A DNA stretch of 64,000 nt from Guillardia theta CCMP2712 (GCF_000315625.1 NW_005434624.1:451100-515099); one strand, 5' to 3'. Shown: positions 1 through 14,128, counted from the stretch's first letter. Made by a program: numbers and translations. The notes: generated by a model from the letters alone, not told the origin.

Positions 1-2313
1 TCTCACCTTTTCTATTTTCTCTCCTCTCCTAGACCTGCCTTCTCCTCCCCTCCTCTTCTTGCTTCGTTTCTCCTCTCCCCTCTCTTACATCTACCAACCC
101 CTTCCAGTCCTCCCCCACCATACTGGCCGTTGCATGATCGCTGCGCCAGGTTCGGCTGGACGAGACGTCGAGAGAGGTCGAGCGGCTCAAGAAGGTCAAC
201 GCGGAGCTGCGGGAGAGGCTCGAGGAGGCGCCAGGAACGAAACTGGAGGCAGAGGCCGCGGCCCTCCGCGCGCAGGTGGAGACGCAGGAGAAAGACCTTG
301 AGCAGACCCGCACGCAGCTGAAGGAGCTGAGGGAGGCGGAGAAGAAACGCTCTGAGAGGATGCTCTCGGCGCTTGGACAGGTTCCTTCCTCCTCCACTGA
401 CATGAAGTTTCTCTCTTGCCCTTCCCTTACTGCCCTTACTGCCCCTCGTGCTCTTCCTGCTCCTCCCCCATCCTGCATATCACTTCCACTCTTACTACCT
501 CTGCTCGCACTCTCCTCATCCTCCTCTTCCAGGGCTCTGAGAGCGGGCTCGCCAAGGACCTGAACGAGCTGCTGAGCATGAAGCTGGAGAAGAGCTCCTT
601 CGACTCGGCGCTGAGGGAGGCGCAGGAGGACGCGGCAGCTGCTCGTCTTGCCCTAGAGGACGCGAACGTTCTGCACGAGCAGCACCTGGCGATGGTGCAC
701 GCGGCAGCAGCAAAGCGGGAGGGAGAGCTGGAGGCGGAGAAGGGGGAGCTGCAAGGAGAAATCGACAGGCTGATGAAGAGCCTTGAGGAGAAGTCGGGCG
801 AGCTTGCAGCTGCTGAGGAGAGAGCAAACAAGGTGTGTTCTGCATGCCGCATTGACAACATCCTCGCTTCTTCAAATGCTCACCGCTCTTTCCTCTCCCA
901 ACTCCTTCCTCCTCTTCCTCCCCTCTTCTCTCCCTCCTTCTTTCCCTCCCTTGCGACGTCTTACAGTGCCTCAGGCTGAAAACCAGCTGTCACTCCTGCG
1001 GTCAAGGATCGCGAGCCTCGAGGAAGACCTCAAGAAGGAGCAGCAGAGGAGGAGGGACGAGATCGACGAGCTCCACCGGTCGAAGGAGCTCGCGGTCGAA
1101 GAGCTGGAGGCCCGTCAGCGGGAGCTTACCGACGCAGTGGAGGAGGTGAAGGAGCAAGGATGAGAGCGGTGCCGTCTGACAGGCAGCTGCAGTGGAAGGG
1201 GGTTGCGGAGAGAGGAGACTATGGGACTGTTAAGCAGCTTCGGGAGGACCTGGACCAGCTCCGAGAGGTCGGTTCCTCCTGTTGCTTGTTGTGACTATCC
1301 ATCCTTGTTGCTCCTTGCTCTCCCTCGATCTCCTTCCGTCCCCTCACATGCCTCCTTCTCTCCCTCTACTCCCCCCGTCCTTTTCTGCTTCCTCTCTTCT
1401 CGAGACCCTCGTTGCTCATGATTCTCTACAGACGGCGGAAGAGGAGGTGGCGAACTTGACCATCCGCCTTCAAGATCTTGAATCTGCCAGAAGGAAAGAG
1501 GTCTCCTCTTTCTCTCACTTCTGCTCCTTTTGCTTTTGTACCTACGCTCTCTAGATCTCACGATCGTCTCTCCTCTTGTCTTGATCTTTCAGCTGTCCTG
1601 ATCTCCATGTTGTAGGTCGGCAAGCTACAGGCTTCCCTCACAGCCAAGCAGAACGAGATGAGCGCTACAACGACGAAACGTCAGTCTCTATCCTTCTCTT
1701 GCCGCATTGTAACCCTCAGGCCCCAGTGAAGCAGCAGGTGGACAGTTTAGAGCAGCGGGCCAAGGAGAAGGAGGCAAGCAGCGCGAGAGGAGAGGAGGGG
1801 GAGTGACAAGCTGAGCAGAACGCGAATCGACAACTTCAGCGTCAGGTCGCGACCTACGAGTCAGCACTGACCGAAGCAAATTCAGAGATCGAGGCACTAA
1901 GGGATAAGGTGCCCCCAACACCCATCAGCGCCACCACCGTTCCCTCCTCCCCTCCCTTCCTTCCTCCTGCCTTTCCGCCCTCCTCACATTCCCGTCAGGT
2001 TTCGAAGCTACAGAAGGAGGTGGGTGAAGCCGAGGTCGACATGCTCAAGAAGGACCGCGAAGTACCGCCTGTCCCTCCCCTTCCCTCTTCTGATAAGTGT
2101 CGCAGCTCCGCAGCCTTCATGGCGATGCAGCGGCGGCGCAGAAGGAGGTTTGACGTGTTTGACCCCTAGAGCGACTTGACTGATCGATATCCTCAGGTTC
2201 TGGAGGAGCTAGCGAAGGAGGTGGGAGGAACGCCTCCCATAGAAGCAGGGATCTCAACCGGCAACACGAAGAAGTCCAAGGGGGGAGGGTGGCTGGGCCT
2301 GAAGGGCAAATGA
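1..2313 (+). CDS. 3' part of a multi-exon coiled-coil protein of unknown function (starts upstream of the window)
   Basis: Successive E/K/L/A-rich heptad exons (e.g. ETQEKDLEQTRTQLKELREAE, ENQLSLLRSRIASLEEDLKKE) separated by pyrimidine-rich GT-AG introns. The final exon ends ...GGGWLGLKGK-TGA at 2311-2313. Confidence 0.75.
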
Positions 2314-2401
2314 ACTGAAGGGTCAGTAGAACGCGGCCAAGCTAGATAGAAGGCAATCTTTTATGGACCAGAGTAGGGCGTTAATTGTACAGCTGTAGTG
2401 A

Positions 2402-2958
2402 TCAGTGAGTAGCATCCTTCTCAGCTTTCGTGAAGTCCTTCAGTTGCTGTGAACACACGAGAATCATTCTTGTTCAAACTCGCTCCTCAATCCCTCACCT
2501 TGGCCTCATCGTTGACCCCCTTGAGAATGTTCTTAATCTCCTCATCGTATTTCTTCACATCATTGTACTGCCATGACGTCAGTTCAAACCTTACAGAATT
2601 GAGAAATTCATGTTACCAGCACGCCAGAGTCAAACTGCTTCAGGGCCTTGATTTCAGCATCGTCCTTGCTCTTCAGGAATGGAGTGAAGGCAGCGATGAC
2701 GGCATGGGCGTTTTCCTTCTCGAAAGCTTCATCGAGCTTCATGGACCTGGTGAGCTTGTTGACGGCTGGGAGGATGTTCTTGATGGAGTCGCTCTCCTTC
2801 TCTGCCATGTCGGATCTTCCCGCGCTGCCCGCAACAAAGAGGACGGCGCAGATACCCAGAACCATCACTGCCAAGACTGCAGCGACCTGAATGCTCCTGA
2901 TGAGCAGAGCTTTCTCGAGAGAAACCAGCACATACCTGGCGGAGGCTGTTGGATCCAT
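2402..2958 (-). CDS. Small secreted or membrane-anchored protein, at least 3 exons; true start uncertain
   Basis: Hydrophobic N-terminal stretch (VAAVLAVMVLGICAVLFVAG) followed by a charged helical region. Downstream exons TSWQYNDVKKYDEEIKNILKGVNDEAK and QLKDFTKAEKDATH* lie between short GT-AG introns. Confidence 0.55.
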
Positions 2959-3867
2959 TGTTAACCGAGACAGGAGACACGCGCTGCAACAAGCTTGCTG
3001 TCAGATCCAGAAGTTTCTGTTATTTTCCTTGTTGCTGAAACTCGACAACATCCTTGCAACGAGCCCTATGGTGGGCGGATTTCCATCCCCTCAACAAACA
3101 AGGACTACTTGAAAGGCATCATCATTGTCTTCTTTCTCTTCCTCCCTTTCCACCTCTCGACTCGCTTCTGTCTCATTGCCTACCTCAACTTCACTCTCTG
3201 CCTCTCCCCTCTCTCCTTTTCACTCAGTCTCAGTTGTCCCTCAGTCTAACATCCCCCTTCCTCTGTTTCTGCTTGCTTTCCTTTCCTTCCCTTCTCTCCC
3301 TCCCTGTGCTCCATCCATCTCGATTCCTCTCTCTTCCCCTCCTTCCTCCAATCCTCCGCCCTTCACTTTACCTGCATGTTCTATTTCCGGAGGCGCACAA
3401 CTTGACTCATCACTTATCACCCCACCCCTCTAATCTCTACATCCTCAAAGTCTACATCACCCCACCCCTACCTGTCAATTCAGCTTCAAACTTGAAACTT
3501 GAATCACTTTAAATCCATGATTTAATCGATTGAATTTTGCAACCGTTGAACCGATCCACCGGCACACTGGCGGCTCAGTTGTGGATCGCCGGCCACCAAT
3601 CACCCGCCGTCGGAAGGCCTTTCATTCGGGTGATAGGCCCATGGTGCGCCAGGGCCCGCCTTGCGAGATCGGCTTACTGATGCCTTTCTGCTCCATCTTC
3701 TTGTCGAAGGCTGCCAAGGCGCCGCTGACAGCGGAGTGGGATGGCTGCGCTGGATTTTGCTGCCTCCTCTTTTTTCCTAGTGTTTTATTGAGGCGGGTTT
3801 GTTGGATTGATCTTACGGTCCTCTGTTGTTTGCTCCGGTTTGCCGGGTTTTCTTTTCCTGCCGCAGT

Positions 3868-3900
3868 GCGGCGGGGGGGCCTGCCGCTGCACGGACTAGT
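3868..3900 (+). mobile_element. Possible Helitron-type 3' terminus (GC hairpin then CTAG|T)
   Basis: GCGGCGGG...CCTGCCGC hairpin (3868-3887), an 8-nt spacer, then CTAG (3896-3899) followed by T. Confidence 0.3.
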
Positions 3901-4246
3901 TAAGTGAAGGTATCAGTTAAGTTGGAGGGACAGCAGCAGGCAGCGGTCGGAGGCTTGCGCCGGCCACTTTCGCTGAGGCAAACGCAGCCCGGGCCGGGGC
4001 CGGCGGGCCGCCCGGCGGCATTTGACAATTACTACGGTTGCTGAGCCACACTCAGGTACCTAGGTACCGTACGGCCGTTCAGAGGGGCTGCGGGCCCTGC
4101 TAACCTGCGGCCCACTGCGGCAGCAGAGTCGCTCTGCAACTCCAAGGCATCAGATCTGAAAGACACGGTGAAGCTAGGTTGTCACGTCATGAATTTATTG
4201 CTCTGGTGAAAAATGGATCGCAAGTTACATGTCACAATCACTCCGT

Positions 4247-7200
4247 TCAGTAAGCCTTGTGTTGTATGAAGGAAGTTTTCACTTCCTTCTCTATCGTGTC
4301 GGCGAACAGCTTTGCCATGTTTGTTTCCGTCACATTCGAGAAGTCAAGAGTGGAGATCTCTTCGGCGCCAGCACGCGTCAGGTAGTTGTTGACAACTGCG
4401 ATCATCTTGTCTGTGCACGAGTTGATCTTGATGAAGTAAACCTTACACTGAAGGTGCTTGACGAGCTGCAAGACTTGTTGCTCCATTACATGTCCTGCCG
4501 GGTCTCCTGATGGAAAGTGATCCTCCAAGTCATGATACTGTCTCCCATGGCAAGGCGCGTCGGCTATCAGAAACAGGTACCGAGCATTCTCCTGCCACGT
4601 CAGCCCGCAAGCCTGCTGTAGTCCCCCGCAGATGTCTTCCGGGCCGTCGCTTCCTCCGGATGCCGTCTGATTCCCCACTATCGTTTGAATGTGCGAGATC
4701 TCTTGCGTGAAGTCACAGACGGCGATGCCTGGGTTGTCGTACCCGCCGCTCGCAAGATAATCGCGATATGCCACAAACGACATCTTGACAGTGCTTCTCT
4801 TGCTGCAAGATCTCACAAACTCTTCGATGTTGGCAGCAATCTGCAGGACCTTCTCCTTGCAGCTCGTGATCCAACTTGCCATGCTTCCAGTGCAGTCCAT
4901 GACAAAGCAGATCTCGACAGATTTCGAAGTCGATGCCATGAGGGATACAGAGTCGCGAGAGATGTCGAGAAACACTTGTCTTGCTTTGTCAAAGATGCCT
5001 GCTTCCACAAACTTGACTGCCTTCATGGATCTCTTGTGCCTCTCCATTCCTTGCACGTGCTTGTCCTCAAGCTCTCGGTACCTCTGGCTCAGCTGATTCT
5101 CGCGTTTCATCTTGAGGTACGGCCACCATTCCAACCCCTTGGACTCCTTCTCGAGGTATGTCGCGTCCAGGTGCTTAAGGTCGTCTTCCAACAGAATGAT
5201 CTTGGCGCTTCCGGGATCGTCTTGTCGGCACGTTCGCCCGTAGATCTGCTTTGCTTCTGATTCATCTTCAGGCAGAAACGTGACGACGATATGCACCCCG
5301 CCGTATTTGACAAGAGCTTTATCGTAGCAGGCGAAGTCAGTTCCCCTCCCATAAGACCTCGTCATCAAGGTAACGGCGAATGGCCGCGTGGCATTCAGGA
5401 TGATCGTCTGACGGTCGGAGGATCTGAGAGCATCGGAGAGCTTCTCGAAGCCTTTGTACTGATGCAACTTAGACTTCTCGTTCTTCAACTTTCTTGCAAA
5501 CATCTCCATGGCCGCATGATCTTTGAAGATGACGATGGTCGCTCTTCCTTGCTCGAGCATTCTTTCAACCTCCTTCCTCACCCGCACAAAGAACTTGTCG
5601 TAATCTTCCACCACAACCTCCAGCTCCTCGTGCTGCACTTTCTGTTTGTTGAATGTGGACGGCAGGAACGTCTTGTGCTCGAATTGATACTTGCGTAGCA
5701 GCTTGTTCTGCGCGTCGGACAGACAGTCGAGGGTGCCTGTCATACCCAGACAGAAAGAATAACACTTGGGGATCTGCGAGTAGAGCAGTTCTCCGCAAAC
5801 AGGGGAGATCTGCAAGACTGGTTTCACCTGGTCGATGTTAAGATCCTTCTGTTCGCAACAGTACAAGTAGGTGAAGGATGTGATGTAGCCAAGAGTCATA
5901 GAGTAGTTGGGCACACCACTTAGAATGTCGATGTATGCTATTCGTTGACGAGTCTTGTCCACGAAATAGTCAGGGTAACCTTCCAGGTTCGGCTTGGAGC
6001 TGACAGGAAAGAGAGAAACGGATTTGAGCATCTTCTGCAGCTCAATCTCGACAAAGTCGCGAGTCAGAGCAGGGAACATTGACAGAAGCCTCTTCGTCTC
6101 GGGGAGCGACAACAACTCTTTGATGCAGCTTGCATGGTTCCTCAGCCGATGACGGTTGCTCCACACAAAACTGAGGAGCGCGAAGCTTGCCTCCGTCTTG
6201 TTGCCCGGGGGCTCAAGATCTTGTTGAGGACGGTAGAGGTTGCCGTAGCATCCTTCCCCGAAGAACACGTCTACCTCGTCCATCAGCAGCACTGACGGCC
6301 TTGTGTCTGCCTCAACCGCCATCGCCGATTCAATCTTCCCATGTCTGCGGCCATCGAGAAAGTCCTGGAAGTGCCTCCTGACGTTGGGAAAAGAGTCAGG
6401 GAAGATCTCATCACGCATGATCTTGAGCGACAGCTGGTCAAAGTCCGAGTAGGAGATGAACTGTTTGACTTGCAGCTCCTTGAAAACCGCGGCGAACGCC
6501 TGCATGTCTCGTTTGGATAGGTAACGGCTGTAGCAGACCACGTCAACGCGGAACCCGAGCTGAGCGAGGACGATAGCAGTGAAGCCGAGAGCAACAGACT
6601 TGCCCTCCCCCGTGTTGATCTGGATGAGATGGTTCTTCATGTAGTCTCGATCCACTCCCAGCAGTCGAAGGATCCCGAGGATCTGAGTGCTGTGCGGCTG
6701 ACGAACTTTGCTCTTCTCGACTCCCACCTGACTCACAGGGATCGAGAGGAACGTCCAGTGCCCGCAGATCAGCCCCAGCAGTTGGCCGAGGTCCTGAGGA
6801 GCTCTAGAAAGGCACCGGGCGTAGGGCTTGAGCTTATCAGACACGAGTCGAATCCTCTCAATCACATCGGCCTTCTTGCGCTCGTAGTCTTGCCGGTCGC
6901 TTATGATGGCGTTGATGATCAAGTCATAGGTCGACTTGTACTCATCGTAGCAACGCTGCAGCAGCTTTCTGTTGACGTCTTCGGGCTCTGACCGCATCTT
7001 CATGAGAGCTTCCATGAAACCCACCCCTGCCGCCTTTTCGTTGAACATCTCGATGCTGAACATCTCAAACTGAGGGAACGTTGACAAGATCGACTGAGCG
7101 ATCCGAGCGATCCCGTTGGGCAGGTCGGAGTCGCAGTATCGCTTCAGTGCCACGCCAACCTTGTAGTTGTCGGGGCTGTGCATGTGATCTAGCAGCTCCC

Positions 7201-10200
7201 TAGTCACGCACAACTTGAACGACTCAAGCAGGCCGAGCTCCACCGAGACTCCGAAGCTCTTGATCAAGAGCCTTGAGATGGTTTCCTCGACCTTCGACGC
7301 CATTGCAGAGTCCTCGGAGTACTGCAGCATGTGTCGAACTTTGCAGATGTTGATGCTGATCTCCTTCTGCGCCTTCTCTTTCACCTGCTCCTTAGTCAAG
7401 GCCAGCTCGTGGAACTTGGGTTGGAGGGCCGAGTAGGCATGCCAGAAGGAAGTCAGCTGCTGGAAGTCAAGGTAGTATTGATCCGAGATGTCTCGATCGA
7501 TCTCCTCCATCACCAGTCTCTCCATCTCCTTCATCCAGCCAGACACGATCTCACTGATCCCGCTCACATCTACCTTGCAATGTGATGCCAGTCCGTTGCG
7601 AAGGTTGATCAACATGTCGTATCGGTCGATCAGCTGGACAAACTGCTTTGTTTGGATGAAGTTGTAGATCTCAGGTTGTGTTTGTACCATTTGCAGACCT
7701 TTAGCAATCATCGGCATCTGATCTTTGTACACCTGTGACTCCGAACCTTCAAGGTCTCGCAGCTCGTTCAGGTACTGGACGAGCTTGTCTTGATCTTCGC
7801 GATTATGGTTGGCGAGCACAATGACAAGCTCAGAGATCTGACGGCAAAGTGATGCTCTCTTCTTCGCTCTCAACTTCTCTTGCGCCTTCATCTGTACCTT
7901 ACGGAAAGTCTCCTCAACCTCGCCAACTCTCTCATAGTAGTCATCTCCCAGTGATTTGAACATGCGCAAAAAGTCTCTCAGCTCTGACACAACACTCTCC
8001 GGATAGCCGAGGTCCAGCAGCTCGTAAAGCTTGTTGACGTTGAAGTTGAAAGAAGTCAAGACCTCGAACATTTCCTCGATCACGCTGCTTGCGTTCTCTA
8101 TCGACATCAGAAGCTTCGCAAACTTGTGATGGGTGATCTTTCTCTGCATGTCGAGCTCTTTCATGTGCCGCTTCGCATCTTCCTCAAGGTCTCTCAGCAT
8201 GTTCATCTTGTTCCTCTCGATTTCACTCTGCGCAGACTTGGCGTGCGACACTGCCAACTTCATTCTGGTCAACTTGTTCTCGGGTCCATATCGCAGCTTC
8301 TGCTCCAACCGCTGCGAGAGAAAATGAGGGCTGGAGCGAGTGATGTCAACAGCCAGTTCAGACATTCCGTGACGAACGTCATCAGCAAAGATCTTCAAGT
8401 CTTCCATGATGGTTTGTCGAGTATCGTTGATGACACACATCTCCACAAACGTCTCTAGGAATTCATTTGCTTGGCTTGCCTTCTGCTCTTGAAGACTTTC
8501 ATCCTTTTCCTGAAGGTCTCCCAAGATTTGACCGACTTGAGCGATGAGTTCAGTTTCGAAACCAAAGCTCGTCAAGCTCGCAAATTCATCGAGAGTCGGC
8601 GGAGCTTGCAAGATCTGCTTGTAGTGCCTCATAGCCGAGGTGTACATTGACTCCCTCAGCTGGTTCATTAGGTTGTCAAACTTGGCCACTATCTGCCTGC
8701 ATTCAGCATCAAGTTTGCTACAGAATTGTTTTGCCTCCTCAATGAGAGCAGAAACGATAGTGCTCTTCTCGATCTCGAGCTTCTTCAACTTCAGCTGAAC
8801 TCCAGGCAAGTCAGCCTTGAGGCTTATTGTTTCCCTCAGCCTCTCATGCTCTGGCACTGAAGCGATCAGCAGATCCTCAGCTGACTTCCCTTTCGCAATC
8901 TCAGCGGCGAACGACTGCATGCTGTTTCTCGTTCGCTCCAGGAAGGCCTTGTAGGAGTCGGAAAGCTCTCTGAGACCTTCCTCTGCAAAAGCTCGACCCC
9001 TGACTGCCACCAAGAACTCGTTGATTTCATTCAGACGCGCGTCCATAGCGCTGCTGTCCGTGTCTTGTAACTTCCTCATGGCGTCAGAGAGCTGAGAAGT
9101 TGAGCTTGCATCGAAGCCGAGCCCGCTCAGACCCGCTAGCTCCTCGACAAGGACTGGAGTCGTCAGGTTTTTGAGAATCGTCATGTACGCCGAGTCGATG
9201 ACGTCAGCAGCTTGCTTGTCAAGGGAAGCTAGTCCATGGGTGACTCGATCCTCTGCCTCTCTCTTCTCTCTCTCCTTTCCTTCCAAGAACCTTTTGGCTG
9301 CATTCAAGACGTCCTTCAAGCAGTCGTCCCTTTCAACCTCCAAATATTTCTCTAGAGTTCGCGCCTCTTTGAAACTGTCGTACCTCCGAACGCTCTTCCA
9401 TGATGCCTCGTAACTCTCGTGCTCTGTCAGCACTTGCAGCAGGAGGGCAAGTGGATTCTCGCTTGAGAGAGTGTTGGCAGCAGTACAAGCGATGTCTTGT
9501 TGTTGTCTGTCCTTGAACTCCTCGTGAATCTTACGAATGTCTCGCGCACTACTATTGATTTTGAGTCCCACTGCAGTCTCATACACCTCCCTGTAAACGG
9601 CCTGCAGTTGTTTTGACTTGACATCGTAACTCTCAGGATGATCTTTCTGCAAACTTTCTAAAGTTTCCCATACATCGAAAGTTTGAAAAAAGCTCACCTG
9701 CGGGCAAACGAGCGATCAGGTTGAAGAGAGAGAGAAAAGAAGCAAGTCACTTACTGAGGGTGTAGCAGAGACGTCGATTTCCCCCTCACATAGAGACTCG
9801 AAGTTGTGCTGCACTGTCTGCCGAGCATCTGTCTCTAGCTTCTGCAGACTTTCATCGAACCTCTGGCACAAGACTGTTCTCTTGCTGATGTGAACAACTT
9901 CTGTGAAGAGCAGGACTATTGCCTCCTCATACTTCCTGATTGTCTCTCCAAGCGAGCATTGGTCGCCATACAGGTACCTGTCATTCGAGGCTCGCTCTGA
10001 AAGGAGGAGGTTTGCTCTTGCAAAGGCGTTTGCGAACTGTTGGACTTCTTCGATGGTGGAGTATTGCCGCAACAGCCCCTCCATACCTTGTTGCACATCG
10101 CAGTGAAAGAAGCTCTCAGGGTCTGACTGGGCAAGCTGGTGCATCTTCTTGTTGAAGTACGAGGAGCATGACGCAAAGACGTTTTTCAGCTCAAGGTTCT

Positions 10201-13200
10201 CTCTCCTTTGCTCCCTCCCCTCCTCGTCTCTGATTTCCTTGGAGCATTTGTCGAGCCTGCTTTCAATGTCCAGATCCGGCACCAAGGTGTCGAGACTCTC
10301 CGCGTCTCTAAGCAGGGTCAGGTGATCTCTCAGAGTCTTTCTGCCCTCACTCGTCAAGTCCGATGCCTTGGACCTTATGATGACCTCCCACTGCGTGATG
10401 ACATCTTTGACCATCTCGACGATCTTGCTGTAGTTCATCTCTACCTCTTGGTTCCTGATGACCCTCAGGCTCTGAAACGTGTAGAGCAACTGCTGGACCT
10501 GACTGAAATCGCCTTCTCTCATGGCGACTGCAATGTCTTCGGAGGTCACCTGGGCGATCTTTGACACGAGGAGCATGTCTCTGTCTGTCAGAGGCGTCTG
10601 GAACGAGCGCTCACTCGCGCGGATGGGTGCGATCGAGCCCAGCAGAGATATGAGCTGGGCTCGAGTGATGCCCTCGGGGTTGCGATCAAGGGGGTCGTAG
10701 ATTTGAATCAGATCCTCGTTGCCCTCCATCGACAGCCCGTGACCGTTGAGGAACTTAATCACGCTGGCCCTCACGAAGGAGATCGGGAACTCGTCGACAT
10801 TGGAGGCCTTGGACACGCACCAGAGAATGCTGTGAAAGTGTTGTTGGATCCTCTTCTCCTCTCCTCCAAACAGCTTCTTCAGGATGCTGATGGTGTTCTG
10901 GATGCTGGAGCCTCGGCCGGTATCGATCGAGTGCGCGTCAAGAACACAGATCATCGTTATGCCGTTTTCCTTAGAGGCCTCCAAGAGCTTCGAGAGGTTC
11001 ACCGCGTTGGATATGTTGACCTCCGGCCCGTTAGTGTCGTCAAACCCTGGGGCATCCCATAGCAGCAAAGCGCTTTCCGTCATGCTGATGGGGCGAAGAA
11101 CTTCAGTCTGCGACTGACCCAGGACGTGACCGATGTCTGTCACCGCGTCAAGGGGACCTCCCTCGCTCACTCCGACGACGCAGAGAGAGTTGGGCTTGAG
11201 ATGCTTGCCCTCGCATTCTTCCCTCGTGACCCTTCTCAGCTGGCATCCAGCAAGGCTGTTGGTCAACGTGCTCTTACCACTACCAGTCACGCCAAGTATC
11301 ACAACGTTGCGTTTCCCATGCGCGCTGACGTTCTCGTCGATGGTTCCACCGCAAGATATCAAGTCATGGATCTTGGAGATGCTGCCGCGAATCTCTGCCT
11401 TGTCGCAGTGCCTCAGCATCCCTCCTGCTCCTTGAACTGCAGTTTGTGACCAAGGGTCCGAGGACTCTAACAGGAGTCCTTCTGTCTGCACAACCGTGTG
11501 TGGAGGGTTGTCTTGATTGATCAAATCCAGATGCTCATGGGTTTCATCGGCCTGCATGAAGTCTTCGGGCATGATAAAAGTGTTTGCCTCTGGGGTTACT
11601 TGTTTCGATGCAAAGTCTTCGAGCAAACTTGTGGGCAACTTGACATCTGGTAAGCAGCAAGAAAATGCGGATATCCAGAGACGATACCAAATCACCACAA
11701 GATACTTCGAGGTGAATTCAAATGTCCTCGTTTCCAGCATCCTGCAGAACTGAAGCTGCAACTTGCGCGGAATGTGAAATCTCAAGCCTTCAAAGACGAG
11801 TTGGACATCTCTGGTACTTTCAAAGTGTTTTTCATGCAAGTCATGCACTAGTGCATGGATTGCCAGTGCTGTTAGCATGCTTGGCTCTACCATCACTTCC
11901 TCGAAAGCCCTTCGCGTGAATCTGACGAACTCAAACTGAGGAGCTTCCGGAGTTGAAAGAACCTTGCGGTGCTTGTCAGCTTCCACACTCAGATAATTCA
12001 TCGCCAAGTGTCGATCTGCGGTGGCGAATTGTTCTCGGAGGAGATGGAGAGCTTGAGTCGCTTTGCCCTTGACGACCGCTGACCCCCAGCATGCCAGCTG
12101 CATGAGAACTTCCACGTTCTTAGATCGAATTCGCCGGATGAATTCTTCTTCCGAACGCCAGAACATGAGAGCTCGACTGAGCATTCCACTTTGATTGAAC
12201 TCAAGAGGAAATTCAAGGAATTCGACGACCTCGTCCTGCAAGTCTGGAAATCGAAAGCTGGCGTTTAGTGCGAGCTCGAAACAAGTGAAGCAGATAGTCC
12301 AATCCTTCCTGGGCTGACCTCGAGCAGCGCACAGCCTTAGGATGTGGAATGTTTCATGCAGCCATGCCCTACATGAATCCTTGTCTACCAACCCACTAGA
12401 GTCAGGCTCATTCAAGATGATCTCATTGTAGAGCTCGACCAGAAGCAGCTTCACTGAACTTGCTGTCTTGTCGTCCTGCGCCGCCGAATCAACAACTCGA
12501 ACACAATGTTTGAGTCCACGAGTAGCAAGCCAAGTCACGTCCTCACACTTTCCGTGCCTTGCACCTTCAGCTCTTGACATCAACTCCGTCAGTCCATTCT
12601 TGAGCAGTCCCTTTGACGTGCTTTCCAAGAATTCTTTGGTCAAAATAGCGTAATGGAGCGCGTTGTCAATCACGAAGAGATTCAGTCTGCAATCTGCTAT
12701 GTCTTGAAGATCACTTGAACTTCGCAGGTTTTTAGCAGCCGTAAAAAGAGCTTTCATACGGCCAGAAAGAGACTGAAGGCACTGCTCCTGGCAACTTCGC
12801 GAGTCGTCGTTAAGTTGTGCGCAATGCAAAGCTAGTCGTTTCGTGATCCCGAAGATCCGCAGCATAATTCCTGGCCGGAAATCATTCTTCTCCATGCTGC
12901 TTGCAAGAGAGCTCAATTGGATGATCATGGTTCTGTTTGATGCATCTTGCGCACTGCTGAAACGTTCCAAACTCGAAAAGTGAAACAATTCTGCGAGAAT
13001 TTCTTCATTGGATGCAATTTTCATCATGCTCTGTAGTTGTTCAAGGCAGCATATCATTCCAGATTCCTGAGGGTTCGAAGTCGAAAGGATCAGATCTGAG
13101 ATTTTCTTCAGGCGATTCAAGCTTACGAGGACCTCAACACCGATCGAAGGGATTCCAAGTTCTTTGTTGCCACCTTTCATTCCACTGCCATTTTCGATCG

Positions 13201-13363
13201 CAAGGTTCGCATTTCTTGCTTCGTTGTTGGTTTCGAAAGTTTCCTTGCCTCTTTGATCTTTGAGCATGTTGTGTGAGGCCTCCAAGTCAATCTTGGGTCT
13301 CTTCGTGGAGCAGCTCTCGTCTGCCAGCAAGTCATTAGTACACGACATGGCGATATCGTTCAT
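4247..13363 (-). CDS. Giant ~3019-aa protein: TRAFAC-like P-loop GTPase + coiled coils + SecA-like SF2 helicase + C-terminal vWA; 2 exons (13363-9755, 9697-4247)
   Basis: A single phase-0 57-nt intron (9698-9754, GTAAG...CAG) joins the 1215-aa and 1816-aa ORFs. GTPase motifs: GVTGSGKS, LWDAPG, CVSKA. SecA-type helicase motifs: QINTGEGKS, LLMDEVD, GMTGT, YGRGTDF, QIYGRTCRQ. vWA motifs: CFVMDCTGSM, VAYRDY, GGSDGPED. Confidence 0.85.
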
Positions 13364-14128
13364 CTGGACTCACCCCTGCTCGATCCCAGCTCACCCGCCA
13401 GCTTCGCATCAGCTTCGCATCTATCTTCTGGAGTGTGAGAGCCCTCCAGCTGCTTGTCCTCGATCTGCCCGCCATGCCGTGAGCGCTTCATGCCTGACAT
13501 GCACGGGTTCTGAGCTAGGAAGTTGCTCAAGACACCTCCGCCTCCCCCGCAACAAAAGTACTGATCTTTAACTTAACTTTCAGTTCGTGGCTCACCGGCC
13601 CAAGCGGCGCCAGCCTACTCTCACTGAGTCACTACGGTAAAAGCCGGGCGCCGGGCCCGGCCCGAACTTTGAGTTAAACCTCGGACTCTCGGAGACTCTG
13701 GAGAAAAGTTGGCTCAAGTGACTCGCCGGTCCGATCACGCGGGGCCGGGCCGCTCTGACGCGGCTTGGGCCGGCGGGCCCGGGCCGCCGCACGGTTAATG
13801 AGTGGCGGAGCCTGCCGCTCTCCTTCTCTTTGTATTTCCTCCTCCTTACCACTATCTTCGCTCTGAAATCATTCAAAACATTTACTCGAAGCTGGGTCGC
13901 TCACTAGCTATCAGTGCTGGAGTACACTCAGGCATGCCTTGACTTGTACATCCCTCCAAGCCCCCAAGTGTTCAATCGGCTCTAAGCGATGCATCATCAG
14001 ACTATGATGACAGATCACGCGACTTGTCATTGAAAATTGAAGCCTTCAACCAATCTCATCTCATCTCATTCCATCCCATCCCATCCCATCCCATCTCTTT
14101 TCGTCTCTTTTCTTCTCTTCTCTTCTCG

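Noticed and set aside
4247-9697. Bona fide SecA translocase (secA)
   Set aside because: Only the SF2 motor motifs are SecA-like. It is embedded in a 3000-aa GTPase/vWA fusion with no targeting peptide.
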